Under the pieces are notes generated by a model that was not told the origin of the DNA, made no database searches, and worked only from the letters and a program-made list of their open reading frames with translations. Made by a program: the position numbers and the translations under genes. From contig JAUCBJ010005115.1 of the NCBI GenBank assembly GCA_032718475.1, positions 1 through 58,173 of the forward strand: a stretch of DNA of 58,173 nt, given 5' to 3'. Position 1 is the first letter of the stretch. Each line of letters starts with the position of its first letter. The stretch comes from Nemertoderma westbladi. Its lineage: Eukaryota > Animalia > Xenacoelomorpha. Shown here piece after piece: positions 10,898 to 23,577 of this stretch.

Positions 10898-12446
10898 ATG
10901 ACTGAGTTGATAGAAGATGATCTTGATATCAGGGAGCGATATACCCTACCATTGCTAGCATTTGTTGATAGTTTAATACGCGGCGACGTTCGTCAACCTA
11001 CTACGGAGGACGATGGCCGTTATATAGAACCGCCAATGTCAAAGGAACAACTCACGCGTGAATTGGACTATAGAAAATTCACCGCTCGCTATACACATCG
11101 TAATGGTACATATATGGACTTCTTAACTACTGGTCATCCTATCGATTTACATGATATGGACGATGTCGACACCGAAAGGGAAATGGTCCTATTTAAATAT
11201 CATACCCAGCGGAGTCGGAACGATAAACTGAGAATCGAATGCGAAAATTCTATTCGAAATCGACTCGAAAGAGAAGACGTTAAAGAACCGGATAAACGCA
11301 GTGACTTCAACGTATATTTGGAATTCTTGAGAGAGACATTGTAAAACTGGAGAAAGATCACCCGCGTTTCCCCTACAAGACGTGCGTCTTTGGTATTATT
11401 ACGATGAATGCCCTAGACCCAACCAACACACGGAAAGACATAAACATCCGCGGAGACGTTGCGCTAAACACAGTTTTACTCGCTATATTTACGGGAGTTT
11501 CGAGCGAAACTTGTTCAACGTATCACCTACGCTCGCCCGACTCAAACGATCCTTAAATAAACCAATGATCGGAGTTCCGGAATACTCGGTCAGATCTCCT
11601 CATTCCCTGGTGAAACCTCAGACTCTTGATCCTAATGGTATCAACCCTGAACCCCTGATCCCCCTGAACTGTACTCATTGTTCAAAGATTTAGTGTTACC
11701 CGAACAATTAGTCGGTGGCACTCTGGTTGTGGGCTCCCTAGATATTCGCCCATTTTACCTAGCTGGATTGGGACGCGGACATCTAATATCGCCATTCAAC
11801 CGTATCATCGTCCCGGTTTAACTCCGATACAACCTGTCACCGAGGTGGAGGAGAGAGTTGTACGCAACGCGTTACACACTATTCGACAAAAGATCGGAAA
11901 GGGAACCTACGATTGTTTAGAGAAACGTAAATTGCAGCAGCAAGTCCAAGCGGTAAACGAATTAGCTTTATCTCAGTTCGATCGGGAAATCCAGAATCTC
12001 TAAGAAGATATCGAACTTGGACGACCCTACTCTCTAAACGAGTTTTAGACGAATGCTTCCAACGACAAGCGGAGGAAAATCAGCTCAAGGAGAAGCATAT
12101 CGATTTCGACAGAGCCCGAGAACGCGAGTCGGAAAGAACCATCAAACCGAGGAAATTTCTCACTACACACGGTCCACCTACCGCTCTTGTGCAGACGAAT
12201 CATCAGGGACCAGTAAGAGCTACTGTCTTGAAACACGCTCTGAAGGTTGTTCGACCTCGTTCCACTGAGGTTGATACCGATCAACCGAGTACCTCGACCG
12301 GCGGATACACCGACCATCATCCTAAACCTTCCGATGCAATTGTATTGCACCCTTCACCCAGGAGTTTTAGCCCTCCTAGTAAAGTGGCTCGCCCCAAAGA
12401 GAAAAGGACTCTTGCTAGCCTCAAAAAACTGCGTAAACGCCGTTAG
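10898..12446 (+). pseudogene. Degenerate accessory ORF (about 500 codons, unknown function) between pol and the 3' LTR
   Basis: Coding-like composition. Segments 10898-11344, 11382-11693, about 11840-12180 (EVEERVVRNALHTIRQKIGK...) and 12189-12446 join through stops and frameshifts and end in a basic tail KEKRTLASLKKLRKRR. No clear signal peptide or TM helix. Confidence 0.55.
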
Positions 12447-12539
12447 CGTAAGAAAGACTAACTGTTTAGAGTATTTTTATATTTTAGAAACTGTGATTTT
12501 TTATATTTTATAGAAGTAAATCCCATTTTCTGGGAGCGG

Positions 12540-13769
12540 TGTAAAAGCTTTTGCGGATATAACCAGTCATTTTCTCCGCAATGTACCGTGTAGGTGCTTT
12601 TAGCGGACATAACAAGCCATTTTTACCCATTATGTCTGTATGCGTGCTTTAGTGGACATAACTAGCCATTTTGCCGCAATTCGCTTAATACTTTAAAGAC
12701 TGTAACTCAGATGACGAAATCTGTCAGCTGATTTAATGCCAGCGTGGAGCTTTTCTTTGTTCTTTGTTCGGCTCGCTCGACCAATCAGAGCGATTTTCAC
12801 TTTGTGTTGGACAGTGCCTGCAGAAACTCACGCAATTCAGTCAGTGTGTATCTTTCTAAGCCCAGAACACCGGCTTAGGATTCTTCTGTACTTCTGTGGA
12901 AGTTTCAGACTTTGACCTAAACATCAGAAACATCAGATGGCTTTGATTAAAGGAACGTAAAACTATTAACGCAGCACACCGCCACACCGCGGCACTACGC
13001 AACGCAATTCAACTACTGAATCATTGCGGAATCATACTTCATATCTGAATCGCCACACCGCGGCACTCCGCAACGCGATTCAACTACACATACTGACTGT
13101 TCACCGCATTATTTGATTCTGTTATTAATTGGTGTTATGTTGGTATATATTGCTGATATATTTGGAGAATACCGATGAATAATCATAAAACCCTCAATCT
13201 CTTTGATTACTAAAGGTTAGAGGAACAGGTTTACCGGTAGCAACTGCGACTTACATTATAGTGGTTTTTGTGTGAATTGAATGCTATTTCATAATCCCTA
13301 CATGTGTCAGTTGCGATCCTCCTTATATATGATCAAATTCAGTGACGGTCGGCAGATCAGTGCGCAGTAGTGTGAAGTAGTGTGAAGTCGTGTGAAGTAG
13401 TGTGAAGGTTAATAAAGCATCTCCTAAAGAATGCGCCTTTTACGAAACTCAGTAGCCATCCAGTTGTGATTAGTATAAGTCATAACTCTGTTTTATACTT
13501 AAAGCGCCATGTCCTAAAGGAACTGTTAATATTTCCCCGAAAGTAAATATATTGTCAGAGATTATATATTAACGATCAATCGAATAATACGGTAGGTCTA
13601 CACTGCAATCACTATTAAAGCATCCGAATCCAGTCTCCCTTAACTGTGGGTGAATGGTCGCGCACAGGCTGGCTTCGGCTGATGTACCTTCAGTACATTA
13701 AATAATTGATATACAAAAAGACACCTAAAATTGGCAGGTTAAACTGCTAAAGGTCTAAAAGCGCGAACA
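12540..13769 (+). repeat. 3' LTR (1230 bp)
   Basis: Direct repeat of 1854-3042 with an extra sub-repeat copy of about 48 bp near 12610-12660; followed by the TSD AGTCA. Confidence 0.95.
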
Positions 13770-13829
13770 AGTCATATTCCCTGACTCTCTTTTACTTAAT
13801 TTAAACTTGTAGATCATCATATATATATA

Positions 13830-14180
13830 TGTAGTGTTACATATTTGAAATTCGATAGTCCAATTGATATTTTGTAAATATGAAGAAAAATTGTTATAGT
13901 CACAGTTAGAAAAGTCATGAAAACCAATGCAATCTCGCTGAATTAACTCATGTGGGGAAATAATATTAAAACAAACTGTAGCATGATCACTAGTAGACAA
14001 ATGTTCTATTACTGAAACAAAAGATACATGTAAGTCTTCCGAACAGAAAACTAGGTCTAGGACATTATCTAAGCGCGTTGGCTCTAATTGAAGTTGAGAA
14101 AGACCAGATTCAAAAAACAAAATGAAAAGAACATGAATTACAGTATATATTTGTGAGTCCGGATGAGATAGTTCAACCCA
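13830..14180 (-). mobile_element. LINE fragment: APE endonuclease C-terminal part
   Basis: GLSQLQLEPTRLDNVLDLVFCS...LSTSDHATVCF...DFSNCDY...L..INW matches the PTR...LDLV...SDH motifs of LINE ORF2 endonucleases. Confidence 0.8.
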
Positions 14181-14542
14181 ATCAAAATTCCGCACGCGAA
14201 AGCATGGCATCTGTAACAGTAGCATCTAACCAAGTTTCGGTTCCTACTGTCTCCTACGACTTGTTTCACGGGCCACTAGGTCCGTCTCTAGTATGCCTAG
14301 CGCAAGGACTACTACCGTAAACCAGGATTTTATCAGGATTCTCAGGATTTTACTATTTTACCTCTTTTATGAATTCAGAACATTGTACAATTCAGGTGCT
14401 AAAATAATATAGGAAAGCATGACTATGATGCAGTGGCGCAGCCAGGATTTCTCCAAGGTAGAGGCTCATGCAAAAATATTTCGTTTTTGTCAGGAATACT
14501 TTCCTAATTTCATTGAAATCTGTGTTTAGTTGTTTTTGGTTA

Positions 14543-14768
14543 GGGTAAACTGGGGTAATTTGGGACAAAATCGTTCTTTATAGTTTTTTTTTCAGAATCG
14601 TAAAAACATTTTTTTGATAATCCGACCTTATCAAGTATGCACCAATAACAATGTACCCATTCTATCAAACTAATTAATTATTTTTTATTTTCAAATAATT
14701 AATTACAATTGTTTAATTAATATTCATCCATGTCCCAAATTACCCCAACCTGGGGTAATTTGGTCCAC
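14543..14768. mobile_element. DNA-transposon end or MITE-like remnant with nested direct and inverted 17-mers (pogo/Fot1-like pattern)
   Basis: TA then GGGTAAACTGGGGTAATTTGGGACA at 14543; inverted TGTCCCAAATTACCCCA at 14731; direct CTGGGGTAATTTGGTCCA at 14750. No partner end found. Confidence 0.5.
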
Positions 14769-15625
14769 CGTTGACACTCAACCCAACCCATACTCGTTCT
14801 ATGGCAGACTCATACAACCGCCAGCATATTATGGATACGGCCACTGTGTAGTGGTCTCGTCTCGTTATAGTCTCGCCTCAATGGCTCGCCCCACCCTTAG
14901 TGATATAAGGACTGTCTGCTAGTAATTACTGATTCATGTTATATTTATTATACAGACATTTAGTCACTACTTATATAATGAACTATGGAATATTATATTT
15001 AGTACGAAAAACGGCGTTTTGAAAATTTGATGGAAATTTCTTGGATTTAGTTAATTATTACTGGTTCATGTTCACTAAATTCAACACTGCTTAATAATTA
15101 CATACAGTAGTTTATGTACAGTCGTGCGTATGGGAGTTAATACTTAAATGTTTTCTTTCCATGATTTCCGTAAGTTTGTATGTTTTAATGAAGTCGTGAT
15201 ACCGCCTACGCCGTATGTTTATGGTTTTATATTTAATAGTCTAATTAGAATTGTTTGATTAGAATCTTACTTATCTATTGGCAACGTGAATTAAACTCAG
15301 AAAGAAACCTTTCTTATAGTAATTAGGCCCATACCGTAATTTAACTTTCTAATCGAAGTTTCATATACATACAGTATATTCCTACGAATACCAATTATTT
15401 TGCTACTAACTATGTTTTTGAGGAATAAACTTTAAAGGAAATCTAAAACAGGGGTAAATGCAGCCTACAGTACACTGTATTACGGTACAGTACACCGTTC
15501 AGTAGTACCGGTACAGTACGGTACAGCCTACAGTACACTGTACTACGGTACTACAGTACACTGTACAGCCTACAGTACACTGTACTACGGTACTACAGTA
15601 CACTGTACAGCCTACAGTACACTGT

Positions 15626-17144
15626 GCCAGGTAGCACAGGACGTCCACGAAAGAAATTGAACGTTCATATTTGGTACTTTTTTTATGCGAATCTGAACAT
15701 CAATGAAATATTGTTCAAAATAGGTAAAAATTGCTGACGTTGTGAGTAATTTACCAAATTGTGACGTTCACATTAGGTAATTTAACGTCCTAACTTTAAA
15801 GAAATTGAATATGTACCAAAACAAACGAATATTGAACGTTCAAATTGCGTCCAGTTATGCGTTCATTTCTTTGTACCTAAATATGTACGTTGTTTGAACA
15901 TTTATGAACGTTCAAACATAATTTACTTTAACTTGTTATGTCAATGGCATGTTCAAACTTGTTCGTGATACAATTATCTGACTATTTATTATTTTGCAAT
16001 TATTTTTTATGTTGGTTAGCCTACTCCTTGTATGGTTGGTGTGGTTCCGCTTAGTTATATCTGGACTAATGGTTCATTCTCAATACAAAACAATTACTTT
16101 AAGTAATCGAAAAATTATTCACACAACAAAACATTGATAACCAATACAATGCTGACGCATTTTTAAACATTTTAAACAACAAATAACATCAAAATTAGAC
16201 AAAGGTGATTCTACTGATTACTAAAGCTAATACACTAGTACCATGTCACGAAAAATTGTAATAAAATTATTAGAATATATTAGCCCTATTGAACCAAGAA
16301 AATAACAAACAAAGAAAACCGCAAAAGTTTGTCTATTTTGATACCAACTGACCAAATACCATTACATTTTGTTGAGATAAATCGGATATATGGGCGTTGG
16401 AATGTTCAAACTTCTATCATGCGTAGGGTAATTTTATTAATCGCAAAACATTATTTTTTATTTTACAAATTTATCATATTATATAAACCTTTCTTACGTT
16501 TCAATTGCTTTTTGTATGTATTATTGCCTTATTGCATAGATACAAAATTTCAAATATCAATTATAAGGTCATAAAATTAATTAAATTTTTTAAGATTCAT
16601 CAATATGAATAATCTATTTTGACTGGAAATAAGATAAAATACAGAAATCTAGCTAATCCAATGCGAATTTGTGGATCATCACCATAATATATCATGGATA
16701 CTCTTATATCACTATCGATTAAATAATTTCATATATACTCTGATGCTTCCTTCTCTAAATGTATAGGGTAAATTGTAGGTGTAGGGCCGTAGGATATAGG
16801 GTGTAGGGATTGGATAAGGTAGGCTAACCCCCTAACACAGAACATGCACCAACAAACAGTGATTGGTTGGTCTCACGTTAAATTTTTACGTTTATTCAAC
16901 CTATGGACCTATAACACACCAGAAATGAACGTCTAGTGAACACGTCATTTGAACATAGATTGCCTGTGGTCTCTTTTACGTTCGATTGCCCGTTCATATT
17001 ACGATACTTCTGACGGCCAACTTTGAACTATTGAACGTTTAGCATCAATAGCATCTTATGGGAGAAATACAACGTCATATGAACATAAATCCAGAACGTC
17101 TGGACGAATAATGAACGTAAATTTACGTATTTGTGCTACTTGGG
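15626..17144. mobile_element. Non-autonomous TIR DNA transposon (CMC/EnSpm-like), 1519 bp
   Basis: Termini GCCAGGTAGCACA and TGTGCTACTTGGG (11/13 inverted match). 2-bp TSD GT; excision restores the satellite unit ACTGT-ACAGCC. Many subterminal TGAACGT/ACGTTCA motifs at both ends; no ORF. Confidence 0.8.
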
Positions 17145-17196
17145 GTACAGCCTATAGTACACTGTACTACGGTACTACAGTACACTGTACAGCCTA

Positions 17197-17405
17197 GACG
17201 TCACCTGGTCGTCATAGGCCTCTAAACAGGCCCTTCTTTCTTTATTTATGTTTTTATTATGTTTGTTTATGTTTATAATTATGTTGCTAGGAAACTGGTA
17301 AAAAGGGAAAGTGTACAGTACATAATGATAATGTATATAGTTTTTAAATGTGATGTTTGCCCTAAACGATAGAAATATAAAAGAGGAATTAGCCCAAAAA
17401 AAAAA
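17197..17405 (+). mobile_element. Short poly(A)-tailed retroposed insertion
   Basis: 209 bp of unique sequence ending in A10, flanked on both sides by CACTGTACAGCCTA (TSD-like, though ambiguous inside the array). Confidence 0.6.
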
Positions 17406-18035
17406 CACTGTACAGCCTACAATACACTGTACAGCCTACAGTACACTGTACTACGGTACTACAGTACACTGTACAGCCTAAAGTACACTGTACAGCCTAC
17501 AGTACACTGTACTACGGTACTACACAGTACACTGTACAGCCTACAATACACTGTACAGCCTACAGTACACTGTACTACGGTACTACAGTACACTGTACAG
17601 CCTACAGTACACTGTACAGCCTACAGTACACTGTACAGCCTACAGTACACTGTACAGCCTACAGTACACTGTACAGCCTGCAGTACACTGTACAGCCTAC
17701 AGTACACTGTACAGCCTACAGTACACTGTACAGCCTACAGTGCACTGTACAGCCTACAGTACACTGTACAGCCTACAGTACACTGTACAGCCTACAGTAC
17801 ACTGTACAGCCTACAGTACACTGTACTACGGTACACACCCTACAGTACACTGTACAGCCTACAGTACACTGTACTACGGTACACAGCCTACAGTACACTG
17901 TACAGCCTACAGTACACTGTACTACGGTACACAGCCTACAGTACACTGTACTACGAATATACAGTACTACCCACCTATGCAATACTTTTAGTATGTATTT
18001 TAATTCAATAACAATTTTCATCTAAAAAGTAGGTA

Positions 18036-18160
18036 ATTATTGCAATAAAATTATTATTATTGCCATAAAATTAAGATTATTGCAATAAAATTAATATTAT
18101 TGCCATAAAATTAATATTATTGCAATAAAATTAATATTATTGCGATAAAATTACTATTAT
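18036..18160. repeat. 20-bp AT-rich tandem repeat (ATTATTGCAATAAAATTAAT), about 6 copies
   Basis: Seen directly. Confidence 0.85.
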
Positions 18161-21100
18161 TAATTTTGTGACTTTTGTGACCCTACACGTACAGTGTAGG
18201 CCTACCGTGGAAAATTCCTGGTTACACGGCTGCTGGAGGCAGTAAGCATTACATCGTCGGGCTCTACTGTACTGTACTTTCTCAACTTGCATACATGCAC
18301 ATGTAAACATCTCATCTCGGTGGGAATTTGTAAACCACCATCTCTCTCGCTTCATATAATAACTAACATTCGTCTTCATATCTAATATACTGTAAAATTT
18401 CTCAATATAATACGTAGGTACAGTAATGTAAATAAGATAATAATATACTGTATACTGTATGTCAAAAACTCCGAACTACAGAACTTCTGACTTACTCCGA
18501 AAAATGACTACAGAATATCTGACAATTCGAACAATTCACTGACCAACTCTTAAAACTGTGTGCGTCTCGTTACTGTAGTAATCGTTCTCTCCCGTCACCA
18601 CACAGTACTCTCATATTCTAGAACGTATGGCATGGTGTATATAAGTCTCTACAAACACGATCGATGGTCGATTGATGGTTTTCCTATATTACACAATTAC
18701 ATGAAACATACAGATGTGAAATAAAATTTCATTCGCGATTTAGTGCGCAATGGGAACCCAGAAACTATATTGGATTAACACAACATTATTATACGGACAT
18801 AAATCTCGCAGGGGCGTGGCGTGTTCTACAGTATTATGAGATTTTATACTGTATAATGCTTTTTTTACTATTGTGCCCTTTTAATAAATTGGACCTAACC
18901 GCTTTATTGCCTCGCGTTTTGTGTAATACCGCACACCATTATACCACATTCAGCTCATACAGTCTTGCTATAATAATTATACCGTTTTGCGATGAGTTGT
19001 AACATTTAATTAATTATCCTGTACAATTACCACTGTTCTGTTCTGTTTATATATTCCAGGAGTCAAGAATGTCCCGAAAGTCAACTGCACAACTGCGATG
19101 GTTCTAATTTTGTCGACCCCAGGGGGGTGACTTCGTCGACCCCAGGCGGAGTGGACCCTGGCTGAGTCTCTATCCACAGAATAACATACAGTTGTAGAAT
19201 ATTTTCGAAACAATTATTTCAGATGGAATCGTGTCTCATGTTGAGTTGAATGAGATTAAGGGAATATTATTCAGTTGTTGTTGGATAACAACAACTGGTG
19301 TAGCAAAGGAATAAAAGTGTCTTGTGGTTGGATATCTGATTTAGGCAATTAAATGGAAGTGTTTTATGGTTGGTTGGTTTGAAAAGGGCTCTCTGTGAGG
19401 AAGGTTCCTACGTTAGCAGACAAAGGTCAAAATCAAGTATAAAAAGTCAGAATGTTGACCAGAATTCACTTTTTTACTGTTTACAGTAGTTGAAAGTCTA
19501 ACTTTATTGCTATTAGTTTAAAGTCACTTGTGCGACGGTGAGAAAGCTCTACTGTACCTCGGGTGGCCTAAAGTTATTTCTCAACGTATAAAATTCTCAA
19601 AGTATAAAAACTTCACTTCGGTTAGTGTAAAGTCTGGCCTTGGCCGTGGCTTTTACCTGAATTTCATAATCACTATGTCTACTTAACGGTGACTAGGGTG
19701 TTTTCTGGTGTCAACGCTGCCAAAAAGCCAAGTACATTTCCTTTTTTCCTGTTATTCCTGGTACTTTACCTAGTAAAGTATCCACGAGCCCTTTTTAATA
19801 CCCACCACAGTCATAGAGTAGGCTACACCTGTTGGACATTAAAATAAGCGAAGGTTTTGCAATTGTGATTAATTTACAACAATTTTCACAAAGTTTTATT
19901 TTTTATAAAATTTTGGAGTTTTACGATTCGATTGGTTGGACTATTTTCCGATTATTTAAAAATGATTATTCACATATTATGTGGTGTGTTTTTACTCTAT
20001 TTCTAACATTATTTTAGGTAATTTGGTCATAAAATTAAAATCAATAAGAGATAATTTACACTCCACAAGGGTATAAAATCTCTTACCCGGTTTCTACCTG
20101 TTCAAACTTAGAGATTTTCCAATGGTTTATTTCTACTGTACAGTATATCATAAAAGTTACTTATCGCACCAGCTAACTAAAATACTGAAAGAATACAAAT
20201 ACTGTACATTACTTTTGTCGATCGTAACAGAGTTATTAAATCGGGAAACACATCTGTGCAAAACTGACTGATCATTTAAGGCGTGAATAAATTTTATTTA
20301 TTGTAAAAAAATAAAAGTGCTCGTTATAAAAGCCGCCTGGAGCATAGCGTTAATCTATGCACGAATTCCATTATAAAGTAGTAAAACTGTGTGATAAATT
20401 TTTCCAGAATAAAAAATTGATTGGGCTTATTTCACACCGGTGAAATTAAGCCTGGTGGTCCCCGCTCTGAGAGGCCTCCTCTGTACGCGCTACAAAATTC
20501 ACACAAAAATTCAAATATATTTAGTAATTATGTGGCAGCCCTCATGGACATGGGTAGCGCGTAGCGAAAACTTTATTTGAATAAAATTGCAAATCCTTGC
20601 TATCAAAAAACAAAAGTGAAGTTCGTGGACCTACATTTCGTAATTAGGAATTGCTTCAATCTGGGGTGTAAACGTTACGCCGACAACAGCAAATATGAAA
20701 ATCTAACGAGTTTGTTACTCTCGTTTATTGTATTGGTTAGAGTAACCTTCCACTGTAACCTGTTCCTTTCCTCTAATTGACATGAGAATTAACATTAATT
20801 AGCTTTAATAATGCTTGTCGGTGGTGGTTGGTGGTTGTCGGTTCTTTACGCTCCTCAATCTGTCGGATTCAGGGACCGACGGACGGGTACCAGAAATCGA
20901 CGGTTTCTTTCGCCAGACTGGAAGTCTGGTTCAGCGCTTTCATCAATCTATATATTGGAATTAAATAGATGTGGTGACTAGAACAGGAGAAATACCTGTT
21001 GCTAAAACCTAATCTCGTATTGCCTTTCTGTTTTCAAGTAGGACCCATATCTGTTGAAGTATTTCAATTTTTGTTATATGTTTGATTTTTCAGATTCAGC

Positions 21101-22029
21101 TACTACAGTAGCTACTAAGGCAAAAGGCACGATGTGGGGCGAGCCACGCAGTTAGGGCGTGCCTTAGCGCTCAACCCTGTCTGTCCGTCTGTAATGAAAA
21201 ATTCATTCGTAAATAACTTTAGAAGATTTTAACCATTTTCAACCAAATTTTGTATGGGTATACTAGAGAAAAAGTTCCATTATTTTTTAAAGTTACGGGA
21301 AAATACCTCTCGAACTCTTAACTCCAGATCGAAACTAACTTGTTTCGAACTTGCTCAAGTTCGCGTGCTGCGCGACGCCCCACGAACATGTAGACTATCA
21401 TTTGTGTAGGTCGCGTAATTCAAGGGACACGGGTTGCCTCACAGAGTAGGTCTACAAAAGCCTGTAATCTTTGGGCGGCTTTGTCCTGCTTTGTCCGCAG
21501 CCCAAACGGGTGGAAACAATTGGTAGTTCTATGCAGGTAAGTGAGCCTCAGAGAACATTTCTTCGGAAACAGTGGAAGCTATAACCACGTAAAAAACCTG
21601 TCAAACCTGGTGGGTTGGTGGTATGGTTTATACTGTATCAATACAGCTTTCCCTGAAATAATACAGTATGTTGTGTACACCATCTTGAATGCGTGTAACA
21701 AGTAAGAAACACCCTCTTGTACACATGTAATGTCCTATAAAGTTATAAAGTGCTAAATATCAACTAGCTGTTAATACTAACGGCGTTGAGTAATGTTACA
21801 ATTATGGAATAAAAATTATATAATAAAAATCATATAATAAAAAATAATATAATAAAAATAATATAATACAAATTATACAATAAAACAGAGTAGGCCTAAT
21901 AGAAAAATACAGATAAAAAAATACAGTGAATTTGAAGAACATTCTAGGTAAGGTGGGGTGATTAATTTAATACAATAAATTAGGTTCAAGGTCTACACCA
22001 ACCGACAAGTAACAAAAAGTTTTCTTTTA

Positions 22030-22066
22030 GCGAGCTTTATGCCTTTGCTAGAGTCCTTCATCAGGC
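22030..22066 (-). ncRNA. Possible degenerate minimal hammerhead ribozyme (PLE-type remnant)
   Basis: Minus strand reads CCTGATGAAGGACTCTAGCAAAGGCATAAAGCTCGC. The CUGAUGA core is present, but GAAA is TAAA and stem II is poor. Confidence 0.3.
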
Positions 22067-22269
22067 TTTATTAAAATTATAAGTACTGAAGAAATACCGC
22101 AACAACAGTACCGGTACCTAAACGTACCGGTAAACTAATTATATACAGTATACCAAGGTTTAAATATAAAATGGGCATTGTAGCTATATATATTATTGTA
22201 ACTATATTTTCTATCTACCTATTTCCTGCAATACCTATTCTGCATCTTACATCTCTAGTGCACGTTGGG

Positions 22270-23360
22270 GCGATTTTTACATCTTGCATCATGTATCGTA
22301 AGAACCATACGTGAAATGTTAAGGACAATAACAACAAATAGAAACTTACATCATCAAGAAATCGACGAGGAAACCTTCCGAACCCTATTAGCCGAGGTGG
22401 AGTAACAAAAATGAACTCGAGAGCACTCTGTCCGATGGATAGCGACATCAACTTTACAGAACTGGAAAGCTATGGACTCATAGTGGACCCAGTGGTCACA
22501 CGTCCCAGATACAGTAGACCATTATTCTGCTTCGTAGGAAATACAGGAACTCTATACAAGACTGTAATGCATTTACACTTCGACCCTTCTCCAGTGATCA
22601 CCGCCTTATTGTGGCCAAGGTAAGACTTAGTCTCCGCGCTAGCGCAGAACTAAGAAATCTGCCTTGCCACGGCATGATTGATCCTCTAAATTGCAACAGC
22701 TCAGTGGGAGATCCAGCTTCACACTATAGCTGAGCAACAGGTATGGGCAATAGCAGGGAAAAGGCACACTGAACAGTCCATATAATTACAGAAAGAGTCC
22801 CGACTCAAACAGACTACAGCGGCCAAGAATGCAGTTAAGGCTGCATCTAGGTCCCAGAACAGGCAGTACTCTGTTAATCTACAGGAGCTTATAACCCCAC
22901 AGGTTAATCCCAATTCCCATGAAGGGCAACCTAACACACCATGTATCTTTTTGGGGAATATCGCTGATCTATATAGCTGCGAAGCTATTCAATAGAACTA
23001 TATTAAATCGCATTAGGGATCCCATTGAGAGACTGCTCCGCGGAAATCAGAATGGGTTCCGTAAAGGTCGTGGGACCATGGAGCTCATAATGGAAGAGTT
23101 ATCAAAAAAGAAACACAGACATCCTGGCTGTTATCTTTGTTGACTTCTTCAAGGCCTTTGATTCAATCTCTCGCTCACGTATGTTCAGCATACTTTTATT
23201 ATATGATATTTCTGATTCCTGATGAAGTTATTATTGTAGCAATCAGATCAGTATACGTTGGTTTAACGAAATTTGTATCTACTGTTGATCGTGTCACAGA
23301 TCATTTCGAAGTGTTATGGGGAGTCCTCCAGGGTGACACACTTGCACCATTCATATTATA
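22270..23360 (+). mobile_element. Degenerate RTE-type LINE, 5' portion (APE end, deleted linker, RT motifs up to QG)
   Basis: DHILLRRKYRNSIQDC...SSDHRLIVAKVRLSL; GISLIYIAAKLFNRTILNRI...QNGFRKGRGT; FVDFFKAFDSI; GVLQGDTLAPF. DNA shared with 51685-52050. Confidence 0.85.
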
Positions 23361-23577
23361 ATTTAGGTTGACTATTCCTGGTTGGTTGGTTCTATAATTA
23401 TAGCTACTTCTATGTTTCTTACATTTCGCCACATAGCGGCCACGATTCGAACTATAGAAGTCTGTCTGTGCATTGAATTTATAATATTTGTTAAGACTAC
23501 ATGTGCACCAAGTTTGGTTCCATTTCATCAACGATTGACTGCGACTGACCTATTAGCGTTCAAACCTTCCCAATAAT

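Larger units (their letters stand above)
1854..13769 (+). mobile_element. Non-autonomous LTR retrotransposon with BEL/Pao gag-protease (RT and IN deleted) and an extra 3' ORF
   Basis: Paired direct LTRs 1854-3042 and 12540-13769 with TGT...ACA ends. 5-bp TSD AGTCA at 1849-1853 and 13770-13774. Purine tract GGGAGCGG precedes the 3' LTR. BEL/Pao motifs inside. Confidence 0.95.
15461..17955. repeat. Minisatellite (TACAGTACACTGTACAGCC, 19 bp, with 23-27-bp variants) interrupted by two insertions
   Basis: Array segments at 15461-15625, 17145-17196 and 17406-17955. Each unit contains the hairpin TACAGT-AC-ACTGTA. Confidence 0.92.

Noticed and set aside
10898-12446. env gene
   Set aside because: No signal peptide, TM anchor or Cys-rich ectodomain pattern seen.
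14432-19175. Large TIR element from CAGTGGCGCAGCCAGG (14432) to CCTGGCTGAGTCTCTA (about 19159)
   Set aside because: The inverted match is weak beyond 8 bp and no TSD was found.
21095-21400. Helentron/DINE-like element (CTGTCCGTCTGT motif)
   Set aside because: Only a short motif resemblance; termini could not be defined.
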